This document shows, piece by piece, positions 50,654 through 62,352 of a stretch of 64,000 nucleotides of DNA. The notes beneath the pieces were generated by a model that saw nothing but the letters and a program-made list of their open reading frames with translations, was not told where the DNA came from and searched no databases. Position 1 is the first letter of the stretch. The number at the start of each line of letters is the position of its first letter. The DNA is from Utricularia gibba. Its lineage: Eukaryota > Plantae > Magnoliophyta. The DNA lies in contig NEEC01000004.1 in assembly GCA_002189035.1 (NCBI GenBank), positions 2,666,001 to 2,730,000 on the forward strand, given 5' to 3'. A program made the translations under genes and the position numbers.

Positions 50654-51550
50654 CTCCTCTTACGAGCCCCCGCGCACGCGGCGGCGTTACGGAATTCCGT
50701 CTCCGGTTTTCAGACGTCGACGCGTAGAGCAGAGGACCGGGAAAGGGAAGTCGTTGGAAGAACGGGCAAATGGAGCTAAATAAATAAATATTTAAACGCG
50801 AAATTAGACATAAAATGGACTGCGAGAATACCACACCACACCACCCCGGGGGGTCTCTGTCGCACGTGTTCACCCCCTAAAAGTGGGCCACACGCATCGG
50901 CCGACATGCAACGCCGGGAAAAGCCTTCGGCCCATTATCGCATGGATCACAAAACTCGTCACTCCACTGTTCTCCCCGACCCGACCCGACCCGGTCAAAT
51001 ATAATTTAACGTTTCAAATTACTGTTGTATTGCAAACTGTCAACACACAAGTTGCTTTCAATTGAAAAAAAACGATCACCACTTTTTTCACAAAAATCTT
51101 TTTTTAATACGTTTATTATAAAAAGTATAAAATTATAATTTAATTTTTATATTTTAAATAATTCAAATTTAATTCAACTGTTATCTTGAAAGATTTATGA
51201 TTCAAAACAATTAAACTACGATTGAATTTATGGGATAGATAAAGGTGAGGACAACAATAAAAGAAGAGTGTTTTCCAAATTTATTCCGTCAGCTGTTACA
51301 TGAAAGATGAGGAGTTTGTTTTCAGCGGAGATGAAGACGACTAGAGAAGAGAATAGAGATGAGCTGAGGAGGACATGATGCATCAACCAACCCAACGGAC
51401 CACTTTTTATTTACACCGCGGCGCTTAACCCTCTGAAGAAACAACAATCACTGGCTCCATATTCATTCATTCTCAGGCTTCCAGAGCAAGTCAAAGAGCT
51501 GTTTGCCTTCAGCGGGTTCATGAGCTTGTGAACCCAATCCCTGTATCTCC

Positions 51551-51578
51551 ATTCATTCATTCATTCATTCATTCATTC
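51551..51578. repeat. (ATTC)n microsatellite immediately after the DnaJ stop codon
   Basis: About 7 ATTC units. Confidence 0.9.
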
Positions 51579-54561
51579 TATGACAATCTCCTCCACTGTT
51601 TCCTTCCAATTTTCTGGGTAGTTTGAATGGGCTCCAGCTTTTACGTCGTTTGGAGGTTTCACAAAACAGCCCAGATGCAAGAGCTTGCTGCAGCCATACT
51701 TCAAATTCATCCTCCTCGTCAATCATTTCGGCATCCAAGTCCCAAGGATATCGGCTCGAGCTAGATCTCTGATTTGATCTCTCCAGTCCAACCATGTTCA
51801 CATGGAAACTTGGTCTGTGAGTGTTTGGTCTACAAGCCATGCCCTGCAGGGAGTGCCAACCAACTTAGAATGGCTCCGAAATATGATATCGGTATCATTA
51901 AGAACAATAATGCAATGAGTGGATTCACCTGGCATATGGCCCACTCGGAGACATCAAAGATTCTGCTTTCAGCACATACAAAAGCACGAGGAATTTCAAC
52001 CTACAGATAAGCGGATCATATCATCAGACGCCCACATGCCAAGAATTACCGTGATACAACTCAAGAAGCAAAATTACAAAGTTCTGAAAACAGCGAGGTC
52101 TCACAAGTGGATGGGATAATGCATGTAACCATCAAGAATGATTTATCACAATATTAATATGGGGTACTGACGTGGCATTACATAAATCTGATAAACTTAG
52201 GCATACCGCTTGAGGAAGACCAAAAACAAGTGAGCCCTTGTATTCTACCCACCCATCACCATCTTTTGCCTGATGATATTGACAGCAGTCCTGCATTGGG
52301 ATCAGACAGTGAACTTAAGCAACTGTAGAATCAGAACACGAGAATCTCAATTTTTTTTCACAGGGACACTGAACCTGACACCATCGTGCTTTGGCCTTAG
52401 TTCTGTTTGTACAAATCCAGATGTGTGAATTCCCACATTTGGTGCATTGAATACACCTCGACTCCTCTGAACAAAAGTCTGTGGTACTCTGCAAAAAAGA
52501 TATACAAATAGTTAACCGGACTCCTTGTCCTCGGGTTAGAAAATAAAATTTTCAAAGCTGAAAAGATATCAGTTAACAAACAAGAATAGGGAATCAACAA
52601 AACTTACTTGGTAAGAAGGGCTCCCTGATTTCTGGATAGCACCCTTGGACTCTTCTTTCTTGAGCTGCTCATCGTAGTCCCTCTTTTTCACAGCATCATT
52701 AAGTACCTGGTATAAACAGGAAAATGGCATTGGAATTAATAATAAATCAGGCAATCAAAAAGACAATATTTGAATGAACATACCTCGTACGCACACTGGA
52801 GTTTCTTGAATGATTCACTTGCAAGTGTAGTACCCATATTCTTGTCTGGGTGAACCAGCATCGCCTGATGAGCATATAACGTTAATTAGCATTAGGCACG
52901 GCTGCACCAAAAGTGCTCTCCAACAAATACTCTTTTACCAACTTGAATACACCTATAAAAATTTAATATTGTGGAAAATTGAGCTTGCACCTTCTTGCGG
53001 TACTCCTTTTTCAACAAAAAATTATCAATCTTTTTATGCCGGCAAAAACCAAGAGCTTCATAGTGGTCGGAACTGTTTAGTATTCTCTGCATCTCAACCA
53101 ATGAATCATTATCCTCTCTAAGAACTTTCTTTGTATCTGAGCCCTTTGGCTTCTCTACAACAGATGCAGTCCTAAAATGAGTTTTATCTGACTTGCACGA
53201 GCTCAATTTGTCTATCCCTTCTCCGTCTAAATCAGTAGGGGAAGAATACCCAGACTCTGCTGAAAAGCCATCTTCTTTCAACGATTCAGGTACATTGGGG
53301 TCATCCAAGTGAGTATTTTCATTCAGGTTGTCACATCTTTTAATCAAATAGTTTAATGCACCATGAGATAGGAAAGCAAGATTAATCACAAGAAAAACCC
53401 CAAGCCAACCTACTCGAACTTGTACGAAATAAATAGCATATAGACTAGCCATAAACACCACCAGGCGCGCATGATTCAATGAAAACAAATATCCTGTATT
53501 CAAAAAATCGAACCGAAATTAGATATATCAAAAGGAGCATTAAATTGGAAAAAAGGAAAATGATTGCTGTGTAATCCAAGACAGGTCAGTTCTAAATCGA
53601 AAATTGCTGATGGAATTAGTAATGAGTTAGTTTATTCTATCCACCAGGAACATAATAAAAACTTATACAGATGGTAAGGTTATTTTTCAAACTTTAAAAA
53701 GAGGCGAAAAAATCATGAAAAAGAAAGAGAGAAAATGATACGATTCTGCAATTCATGCGTAGAAAACGCTAGAAAAGGAAGAGAATAGAAGGGCATACCA
53801 CCAACTATGAACAAGGCGAAAGTAATCCATATGTTAGCATACATCCATAAAACCAAAATTATAAAAAGCCCAACAATGAACAGGCCAGGAGTGTAGCCTA
53901 AACAATGTACAGCAACTCCAGCTGCTCCCTGGAAATAGGTGTAGAGAGCTAAATCATTTTCCAGAAGATTGAAAAAAGAGAAGGAACCAAATAACTAACA
54001 AATATAGAATCCTATTAAATATATACGTTAAAATGAAAAAAAATAATGGAGGGAGTGAAATGCATGCATCCAGTCAAGCACTTTCACTGAACCTTCAGTC
54101 AATAAACAATCAAGTCAAGCACTTGTTGTATTCAGCAGTTACATAAATCAATATTTTTGAAATTCACTCAATAAACAATCAAGCCCCTCCAAACTTGAAA
54201 AAGAACTGATCTGAGCATGTGTTGACAATTGTAATCATACCATACTAAGAAGGACGTAAAAAAGACATGATATTGATGTCAAACTGATGAAGTAACTCCA
54301 CATAATGGCTAGCAGAGCAGCTGATCCAAGACGAAGAAATGAGTGCAATCCAGAGACAAGGCAGGTCCTCCAGTAAACCAATATGAGCACAAGGAAATTC
54401 CAAATTTTTTCACACCCACAACAAACAATCGGCCAATGCCGATCCATGAATATTCCGATCTTATCCCGAATGCATCTCACGGTAGTCCGCGCTACAGAAC
54501 AACAGTCCTTCGACTGCAACCATCGCAACCCTTGATTGAACAATCCAATATCCTCCATCAC
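51578..54561 (-). CDS. Membrane-anchored DnaJ-domain protein with Jiv90-like C-terminal domain
   Basis: Hydrophobic N-terminal exons, J-domain (DHYEALGF..LKKEYRKKAMLVHPDKN..FKKLQCAYEVL), C-terminal CTKCGNSH..WCQDCCQYHQAKDGDGWVE..PRAFVCAE..WAICQGM. Adding one C at 51616-51618 gives the end PFKLPQKIGRKQWRRLS*. Confidence 0.92.
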
Positions 54562-56068
54562 CTGTCAATAACCCCCAAAAGTAACAAAATAACGGCGACC
54601 CACCTAACACTTCTTCGCATACGACGTCAAAAAAATATCCCCACTTGCAACATCAAAATGTAGCTATGCTGCTGCTTATTTAGAAGTCCAACCATCCAAT
54701 TACCTAATGTTTCCAGTCAATAAAACCCGTCCATATTCTAAATCTGCAGATTCCAAGGATAACGCATGACCGGGAAACCTGAGATCCAGAATGCTACACC
54801 TCGGAGAAAATTTAAAGGACGCGATTCGCTAACTCCAACCAGAAACAAAAAATAATAAGAGCTAATCTCTTCACATGTACGCTTTCAATAAAGCGAGACC
54901 CATAAATGAAATCACAGCATTTTCACCCTTTCAACACCCCCAGTCCAAAGAACGCCACAAAACCAAGACGGCAAATCACAAATAGAAATCCCATTGGCCT
55001 AAACTCCCCCAGGAAAAAGTTGGTGCGCTAAGCTTTTGGACTCTTTTCAAGGAATTCCTGTGAGATAGAAAGGAAAAGCGGAAGCTCAAAAAGCTCGAAA
55101 AAAGCGTCATGCGAGTCAGACAAGCAACCGGTGATGAGGGATGAATTGAATTCCATCTGGATTAATGCGCAGTCAAAGGCAAAGCATGATTACTGGATTT
55201 AAATCTTAATCTAATCTTAACTGTAATTAGTACTTCATTTATGACCTTCATCTCACAACTATATATAAAATAATATCCAAATTGCAAAATATTATAGGAT
55301 CAAACCCAATTGCTTCATTAATTTGTTGACAAATAACAAAATTTGTTATGACTAGAATCTTATAAAGTGTGTGAAAATAAAAAATGAAAGGTAAATATAG
55401 ATTATTTAATTTCAGAAAAATACTATAGGATGGATTCAATAAATCATAGCTACTATGGTTACATCTCTACTATAATGCAATTTCTTGAGACTCAGGACAC
55501 CTAAATTGTAGGCCAGAATCTTTTGATTAGGCACTTTGTTTGAAAATAAGGAAAAATAACTCCAAAAATAATTCTAACATAATTAAAAATTATAATAAAA
55601 TGAAAATTTGTATTTTTTTTTTGAAAAATTTTTAAAACAATAAATATACAATTGATTTATAAAAAGTGGGAATTGATTTTTATAAATATATAATATATTT
55701 ATTTATAATATATATTTTATAAATTTATAAAATAATCCTTACATTGATCTTTAAAATCAATGATTTTTGTGTTGTCAAATTGAAAATCTATAGAATCTTA
55801 GCCTATTTATAAATGGAGAAATCATCAAATTGGTCCCAATTTCATGTAAGGGATTTTATTTCGTCCCCCTTTTTAGTGTGGATCTAATTGAATCCTTTTT
55901 CGTTTATTCTTGTGTTACTTTGACACTCTTTGTTATAAAACCGTGTATTTTAACGGATTGACCCGGCCCTTTTAACAAACCCGACTCAAAAAATGATATT
56001 TGTTGACCCTGTAATGTAGTTATAACTGCCCGCCCCCAATTTGGTGAACCCTAGTCGAAGAATTGTGA

Positions 56069-56472
56069 ATGTCGAGTGGTAAGTCTCAAATCAGTGCAGC
56101 ATCCGGCAAGAAGTCGAAAAAGAGGAAGGCCGGGAAAGACGTGGGTGGTGAAGAGCTATGGACGCAAGTGAAGAGGGCATCCACGACCAATGCTAACAGG
56201 ACTATCGATGAAACTATCAATCAGCTCATGTCAACAGTAAAGAAGTTGAAGGAAGAGTTGGGTTTGGAGTCATCTGATGGGGTAAAAAATAATTCCTTGA
56301 CTCCCTCTAAAGTGGAGCAGCAGGTTAGGTTTCTTTCGATTAAAATTGATGTTCATATTGATTCCCAAGAGTGATTACATACCAGTCTTTTTAATTCCAG
56401 ATTCGGGCATTAGAGGAGGTTAATATGGATCTTGTGGAGAAAATCTGTGAAGCACAAATGCGTGTTGAGGAG
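56069..56472 (+). CDS. MULE-internal accessory ORF, spliced, with basic N-terminus and coiled-coil; convergent with the transposase
   Basis: Exon 56069-56323 (MSSGKSQISAASGKKSKKRKAGK..INQLMSTVKKLKEELG..VEQQ|GTTAGG) and exon 56401-56472 (CCAG|IRALEEVNMDLVEKICEAQMRVEE|GTAGGA) join in frame. Further exons are uncertain. Confidence 0.6.
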
Positions 56473-56899
56473 GTAGGAATGTCTTGACATATTTGAGATT
56501 GAATATGATTAATTCTTAGAATTGAATGATTTATGATTTATAAAATCTAATCATTTCCCAAAATTGTTTCAATATCGTGCTAGTCTACAACAACATCTCA
56601 AAAGGGTTGATTGGCTAAAAAAAAGTGCTTAGCATTGGAAGCTTATGTTGAAGAGGGTTCTTAGTATCATGTTTTTTATTTTGAAGTAGTTCATGTTGTA
56701 CAATTAATGTGTTTTAAAGAACACGCTTGTTAGTTTTAGTGAACTTGGTTTTATTAAAATGCAGATTGTTGTTGCTTTAACAAGGCAGTATCACAAAAAG
56801 CCAAGGTAACTTCGAATTACAAAAGATATGCTTGGCATTACAACATTTTCAAAAACTAACGCCTTAATAAGCCATTACTACATATGCCTTGAAAAGTGC

Positions 56900-59574
56900 C
56901 TACGCTTTTGATGTCTTCTTCTTTCCCCTCTTCCTTTTAGTGCCATTTCGCTGTGACTGTAAATCCACCCGCATGTCTTTTTTAGGACAATTCTTCTTGT
57001 TGTGCCCTTTGGCCCTGCAAATGGAGCATCTATAGGCGCTGATGCTTGTGTACCTTTTGCGCAGTTCATCTTTTCGTCGACATCGACTTTGCTTCGGTCT
57101 GCCATTTTGCCTAACAAGAACCAATGGTGGCAAAGGTGGATCCCCCTCATGTAACGGCCAGTACAAGTTGCTAGGCATAGGTGGGATAGGCATGCTGTAG
57201 CACATTTCACAGGCACTCACACTATAGTCAAGACTTATGAAATTGTGGATGACTTCTTTGTTTGACTTCAATGCTACTAATGCATGTTTGCACGGTATGC
57301 CTAGAAAAACACAAATTAAAAAAAGAAAGTATGTGCTACACTTATTAATATCAGTACCTATTAGTTGAAACCAGCGACAAGTGCATGTTTTCGTTGCAAG
57401 ATCCACATAGTGCTGATCTTCGCCATCCGTCCATTCCCAATTCCATCCATCAGATGGAATAACTCTTCCAGTGCCTTGTTTTTTCTCATTTAGTTGGACA
57501 ATTTTCCATATTCGAGGACAGATTGAAGTCTTCCATTTTAGGCAGGTACAGAGATTTTTTTGCAAAACGTTCCATAAGTTTCTTTCTAATCCCCTCTAAC
57601 ATTGGCACGAGAGGTAATTTTCTTGCGGGCAAAATCATTGAGTTGAAGGTTTCAGCCATGTTATTTAGCAAAATATCACAAGTGGTGCCCTCTGAAAATG
57701 TGTACCTAGCCCAAAAATGCCGAGGTATATTATACATGTAAGCATAGACACCTTCACTAACCTTCTCAAGTTTAGAAAAGTGAAGGTCGAACGCTTGTTT
57801 AGTTGCTGCTCGAGCAGCACTCCATACAATGCTTTGAATCGCCATAGCCCCGTAGCTATTGTCTTTTAAATTTTGGATGATATGTCTAACACAGTGCCTT
57901 ACCTGGAATCAAGAGTCATATGTTAATGTGACAAAAAAATGAAAAAAGCATAACAAAGTAAAAAATGTAAACCTAGATATTGGGAAGAATAATTGTGGTA
58001 GCATACTCCAATTCTTTATCTCGATCAGACATGATCACATACTCCTACATGTTGTCATCCGTAATGCCAATATCCTCCTTTAAAATAGATAGAAACCAAC
58101 TCCAAACCTCTTTATTTTCTCCTTCGACAAGTGCATATGCTATTGGGTAAACTCCATTATTTGCATCTAGACCTACTGCAGTAAGCAACTCGCCCCCTAC
58201 ATTTTCAATCAAAAAACATCCATCTATGCCGAAAATTTTTCTACAACCAAGCCTAAACCATTTTTACAAGAACCCAAGCAAATGTACAGCCTTTGGAACT
58301 GTTTGCGGCCTACTTCAATAGAATCATCAACTAAATCTAATTTAATAGTCGAACTTGGGTTGGTGGCTTCCAATTGTTGACAGTAACCCATTATCTTGTT
58401 AAATTGTGCCTCATATGTTGCCTTAACACGATCATGAACAATTTGCCTAGCCTTCCGTGCTTGGTTGTAGCTTATGCAAACCTGCAATTTCCTGTTTACC
58501 TCATTTCTAAAACTGTCTATGTCCAGGTTTGGATTTTCACGGAACCTATACATGAACCTTTGAGCCAACCATGAAGCAGTGATTGTACCATTGGACAACA
58601 CCTTCCCACAGTTAGATGCATGGTTGGGGTTAATTAACCTCTTAACTACCCATCCATTACCATCCTTGAGTTTACAAGCATAGACCACCCAGTCGCAATC
58701 TGGTGTTGCACACTTAGCCTAAATGGAAAAAAATTGTTATCCAGCGTAACAACAAAAAAAGAAAATAAAACAATGTAAAGTTACATACTCTCAAACGGAT
58801 TGAATTATTTTTTTTCCATTGAATCTCCTTTCTATTCTCAATTGCATGCCTAATAATGGCTTCTCGAGCATGTGCTTTTCCAAAAAAATGAAGCCCTTTC
58901 TTAAGTTCTACATACTTAAATCCATGCTTAGGATTGTACACTGGTTTGTGGCTACCTTCCTGAATATCCCCATTACCATCACCTACGTTTACATCTAATT
59001 CATCATTTGAAGCTGCACAATTAGGATCACTAACTTGTACTTCGTCTTCATCTTCCTCACTTACATTTTTCTGTTGTTCGTCACTGGGTTGTGAAAGCTG
59101 CTCATGATTAGACTCTATATCGGACAACATGTAATAATCATCTTCAAGAACTATTTCATTACTGTCCTTATTAAGCTCATCATCCAAAGGTATATCTTGG
59201 AGACTAGTATCATTATCCTGTTCAAGCTCATAACATATAGTATCCAAACCCCCTTTGATCACATCATGATTGAAATACTCCAAAAAAATACAAATACTAG
59301 CACGCCCCATAAACTTCCTTCTAACTATATCACAATCTGCCTCATTAGAAATAGTCTTCCAAATTGTATTCCTCCCTTCAATATACTTAACCCAAAAACG
59401 CATACGAGTAGGAATCGTAAACCCGAAAGACCTTACCAAATTTAATAACATACCCACTGATAAATCGAAACCCTTGGCATCACGTAGAGCTTCCAGACCT
59501 GTTCCTTGGTATTTTTGAGGTCCATCATATGCCATGAACCCACTGTGACGCAAGAATACAGTTTTCCACCCCAT
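56900..59574 (-). pseudogene. MuDR-type transposase (mudrA-like) with introns
   Basis: ELKKGLHFFGK..CATPDCDWVVYA..FGIDGCFL..LLTAVGLDANNGVYPIAYALV..MSDRD..CVRHI..LNNMAETFNS..VDLATKTCTCRWFQLIGIPCKHA..CSICRAKGHNKKNC. One 1-base deletion at 58255-58257 and one TAG near 58046. Confidence 0.92.
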
Positions 59575-60630
59575 TTTGCAACCCTGCCCACAAGCAATTC
59601 CCAGTCGCAATTGACAGAGGCGCGGAAAAGATGAAATCAGGAAACGAACATCTAAAAACGGAACATATGATTTTCGCGGTACAAATGTGTGAAATTACAC
59701 ATTTAGCCTTCGATTTAACGGAGCAAGACGACACTTCACATTGAGGGATGCACATGAAATCACATTCACCTAATGAGAATTAAATTGGTATCACTTTAAA
59801 AATGGGGACAAAATCGCTGCGACATGGGAAGCACTAGGGATCAAATTGGTTCCTTGGCCTTGAAATTTTGATAAATAATAACTTAAATTAGTATCCATTT
59901 TAAAGATTATATTAATTGTAATTATTTATGAGTATAATATTAAATTTATTTTTAAAAACAATTCTTAAAAAAAATTGAAATTATTTTAAATAATCATAAT
60001 ATTTTATTGTGATAAAAATAAAATATATTAAATTTTATATAATAATCATCTATCTTTTATATTCGATTCTAATTTCGTTATGTTCATGTTTATTTAATAT
60101 TTGATTAAGAATTATGTTTATAAATTTATTTGACATGAAAATTTATAATTTAATATCAACGTGCATAATTTCCCATTTACCAATTTACATTTGATTGCAT
60201 GCATTTTGGGGTTTTGGCATTATGAATACATGTTTTCAACATGAGCAGAAAAGGGAAAGAGAGGCCTCAACTCAGGAATAAGAGACAGAAACATGGTGTT
60301 TCAAAGAAGATGGGATTTTTATGGACATCATGATGGCTCCCCAAGATCTAACTCACATTCACATCAGTTTCGAAAATGCTTTGGACTGTGAGCTGTGGTG
60401 GGGAAAAGGACCAATCACAACGGAAATCATGTGGTGGCAATATGCCTGAGACTGTTGTTGATCCACCGCCCCCGCAAGCGCCCGTGTCAAACCTTAGTTG
60501 GTGGATTGTGTGGATTTTATAAACAGGTCAATGCTCTCAGAATGTATAGCTACGTTTTCTTTTTATGAACAATCCCAATCTCCAGGAGGATACATAAATT
60601 TTATCCACACAAAATCCTAGCCTTGTCTTT

Positions 60631-62352
60631 CTAGTACTGTTTCCACATGCAAGATAGATCAGCTTCAGACAGATAACTGTCGCAGCTTCCTTCTCCAGAT
60701 TCATAGATTCCACCCTGCTCAAAGGAGGTTTCCCTTTTAGCAAAACGATTCAACACGGATTTGATATCCCATTTGCTGCAAGGTGAAGGATCTTCATTGG
60801 TCAATGCAGATGACGATGTGTAGACGCTGAAATCTGGCATGAACTCTGCGGCATCTGCTAGCTGGGCTTGCTGAGTAGTGAAATGGGAGAAATAGGGTTT
60901 AGACTGTGAGGGTGTGAGACTGGAGAAGCAGGGCACTTGCTCATAGTCATGATATTGGCTGCCGGCGGCCGCCATACGGTTATCTACGGCAGTGCTGCGA
61001 TCCGAGAGTGGTAGAGACGGCCGTGGCCAGTCGTCGACGGCGGGGCTTGCTGCGGCCTCTTGCTTACTGGAGATCTCTGACCTTTTCTTGAACACTCTGC
61101 ATAGGACCCAGTCCTCCTGCAATAAAGATAGCAATCATATGTCCTTGTACTTTTCGAATCCAATAAGGCTTGATAGAAAATTGCAATTCAAATGCAGGAA
61201 AGGACAGAAGAATTGCTGTCATTCACTGAATACAAACAAAGGCAACGGTAAGAAAGAGAGTTTTTCACATATTCTCTCTGAGTACTTGACTTGTGGGAAG
61301 CAGCCTCGTACTGGGGGAGATTCTACTTCAAACGTTGAAAGATTCGACATGTCCTACTAATGAGTGTTCATCGCCTAAATCAGAATTGATTAGTCAAAGA
61401 AACGGATAAGGATTTACCTTGGCAGTAGACTCAGTTGGTTTCAAAGAGGGGCCTTCTTCGAGCCGGAATTCGTGCATCACCCAATCCGATTTTCGGCCTT
61501 TGGGAGCTCTCCCCTGATAGAAAACAAGGGTCTTTCGCATACCAACTTGAATTCCTTTCCGGGAAATCGGTCGATCTTTTCCTGTAGCTTTCCAATAGCC
61601 GAACGCGGTGGCCCGGTTGGTTCTCTGGCCGGTGGCATATTTCTTATCCCTTAAACAGTAAAAGTACCAGTCTTTGCCTCCAACACATGCAGTTTCTTCA
61701 TCGAATAAAGAAAGCACATTACAATTCATTCGTTTTAGATGAGAATAAGGCATAACAAAGGAGGAATAAGTTTAGATAAGTAAAGCCAGTAATGAAGATG
61801 AGACAGAAATGCTTCATCTCAAATCCCCTGAAGAATAAGAAGAACCATTGTGATGGCGGCTGAAAAGCAGGGATAAAGCATCGTTCCTTCTAAGTTGGGT
61901 CAACAAAATCCTCACATCCATATTTGGTTTATCAGGGAATTTGTTTTTTCTTCAAGTAGAGAACACAGGACAATCAGAAGAAGTTCCAAGCCAAATTTCT
62001 CCTTCGGTTACTAAGAATAGCGGCGAGTTTCAGGGATGAAGAAAGCGAATGAAATCCATAAACAAGAATCATTCATCATCACAAGTATCACAGAATCCCC
62101 AAGTCAACTTCTCAGGCAAATCACCAACAACCTCACAGGCAAAGAAGAAAAGCAAGCCGCTTTAGAGGTTGGATGGTTACCAGGAATTTCCCAGGGCTCG
62201 CACTTATTGAGCTCAACTTTGGTAATCACCGGAAAGTTGTGGTCGAGGCCGGCAACCCAGTTCATGAGATAATCGCAAATAAGCTCTTCGTCACGAGGAT
62301 AGAACCTGAAGCCCGGTGGAAGATTGGCCTCCACGTTGCATAAGGTGTTCAT
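60631..62352 (-). CDS. NAC-domain transcription factor, NAC1 (NAC21/22)-like group, 3 exons
   Basis: Exons 62352-62181, 61695-61418 and 61116-60631. [77 protein letters not shown]. Confidence 0.93.
60921..60941 (-). promoter_or_regulatory. miR164 target site in NAC exon 3
   Basis: The plus strand reads TGGAGAAGCAGGGCACTTGCT against miR164 UGGAGAAGCAGGGCACGUGCA, with differences only at positions 17 and 21. Confidence 0.92.

Larger units (their letters stand above)
55815..59859. mobile_element. MULE element bounded by diverged TIRs of about 70-80 bp
   Basis: Left end GGAGAAATCATCAAATTGGTCCC..TTTCGTCCCCC..AGTG. Reverse complement of the right end GGCCAAGGAACCAATTTGATCCC..TTTTGTCCCCA..AGTG. 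No clean 9-bp TSD. Confidence 0.85.

Noticed and set aside
30690-51618. Programmed transcriptional slippage or recoding as the explanation for the frameshifts
   Set aside because: Runs of 3-5 nt are much shorter than known slippage sites, and the same pattern occurs in dead transposons. Sequencing error is more parsimonious.
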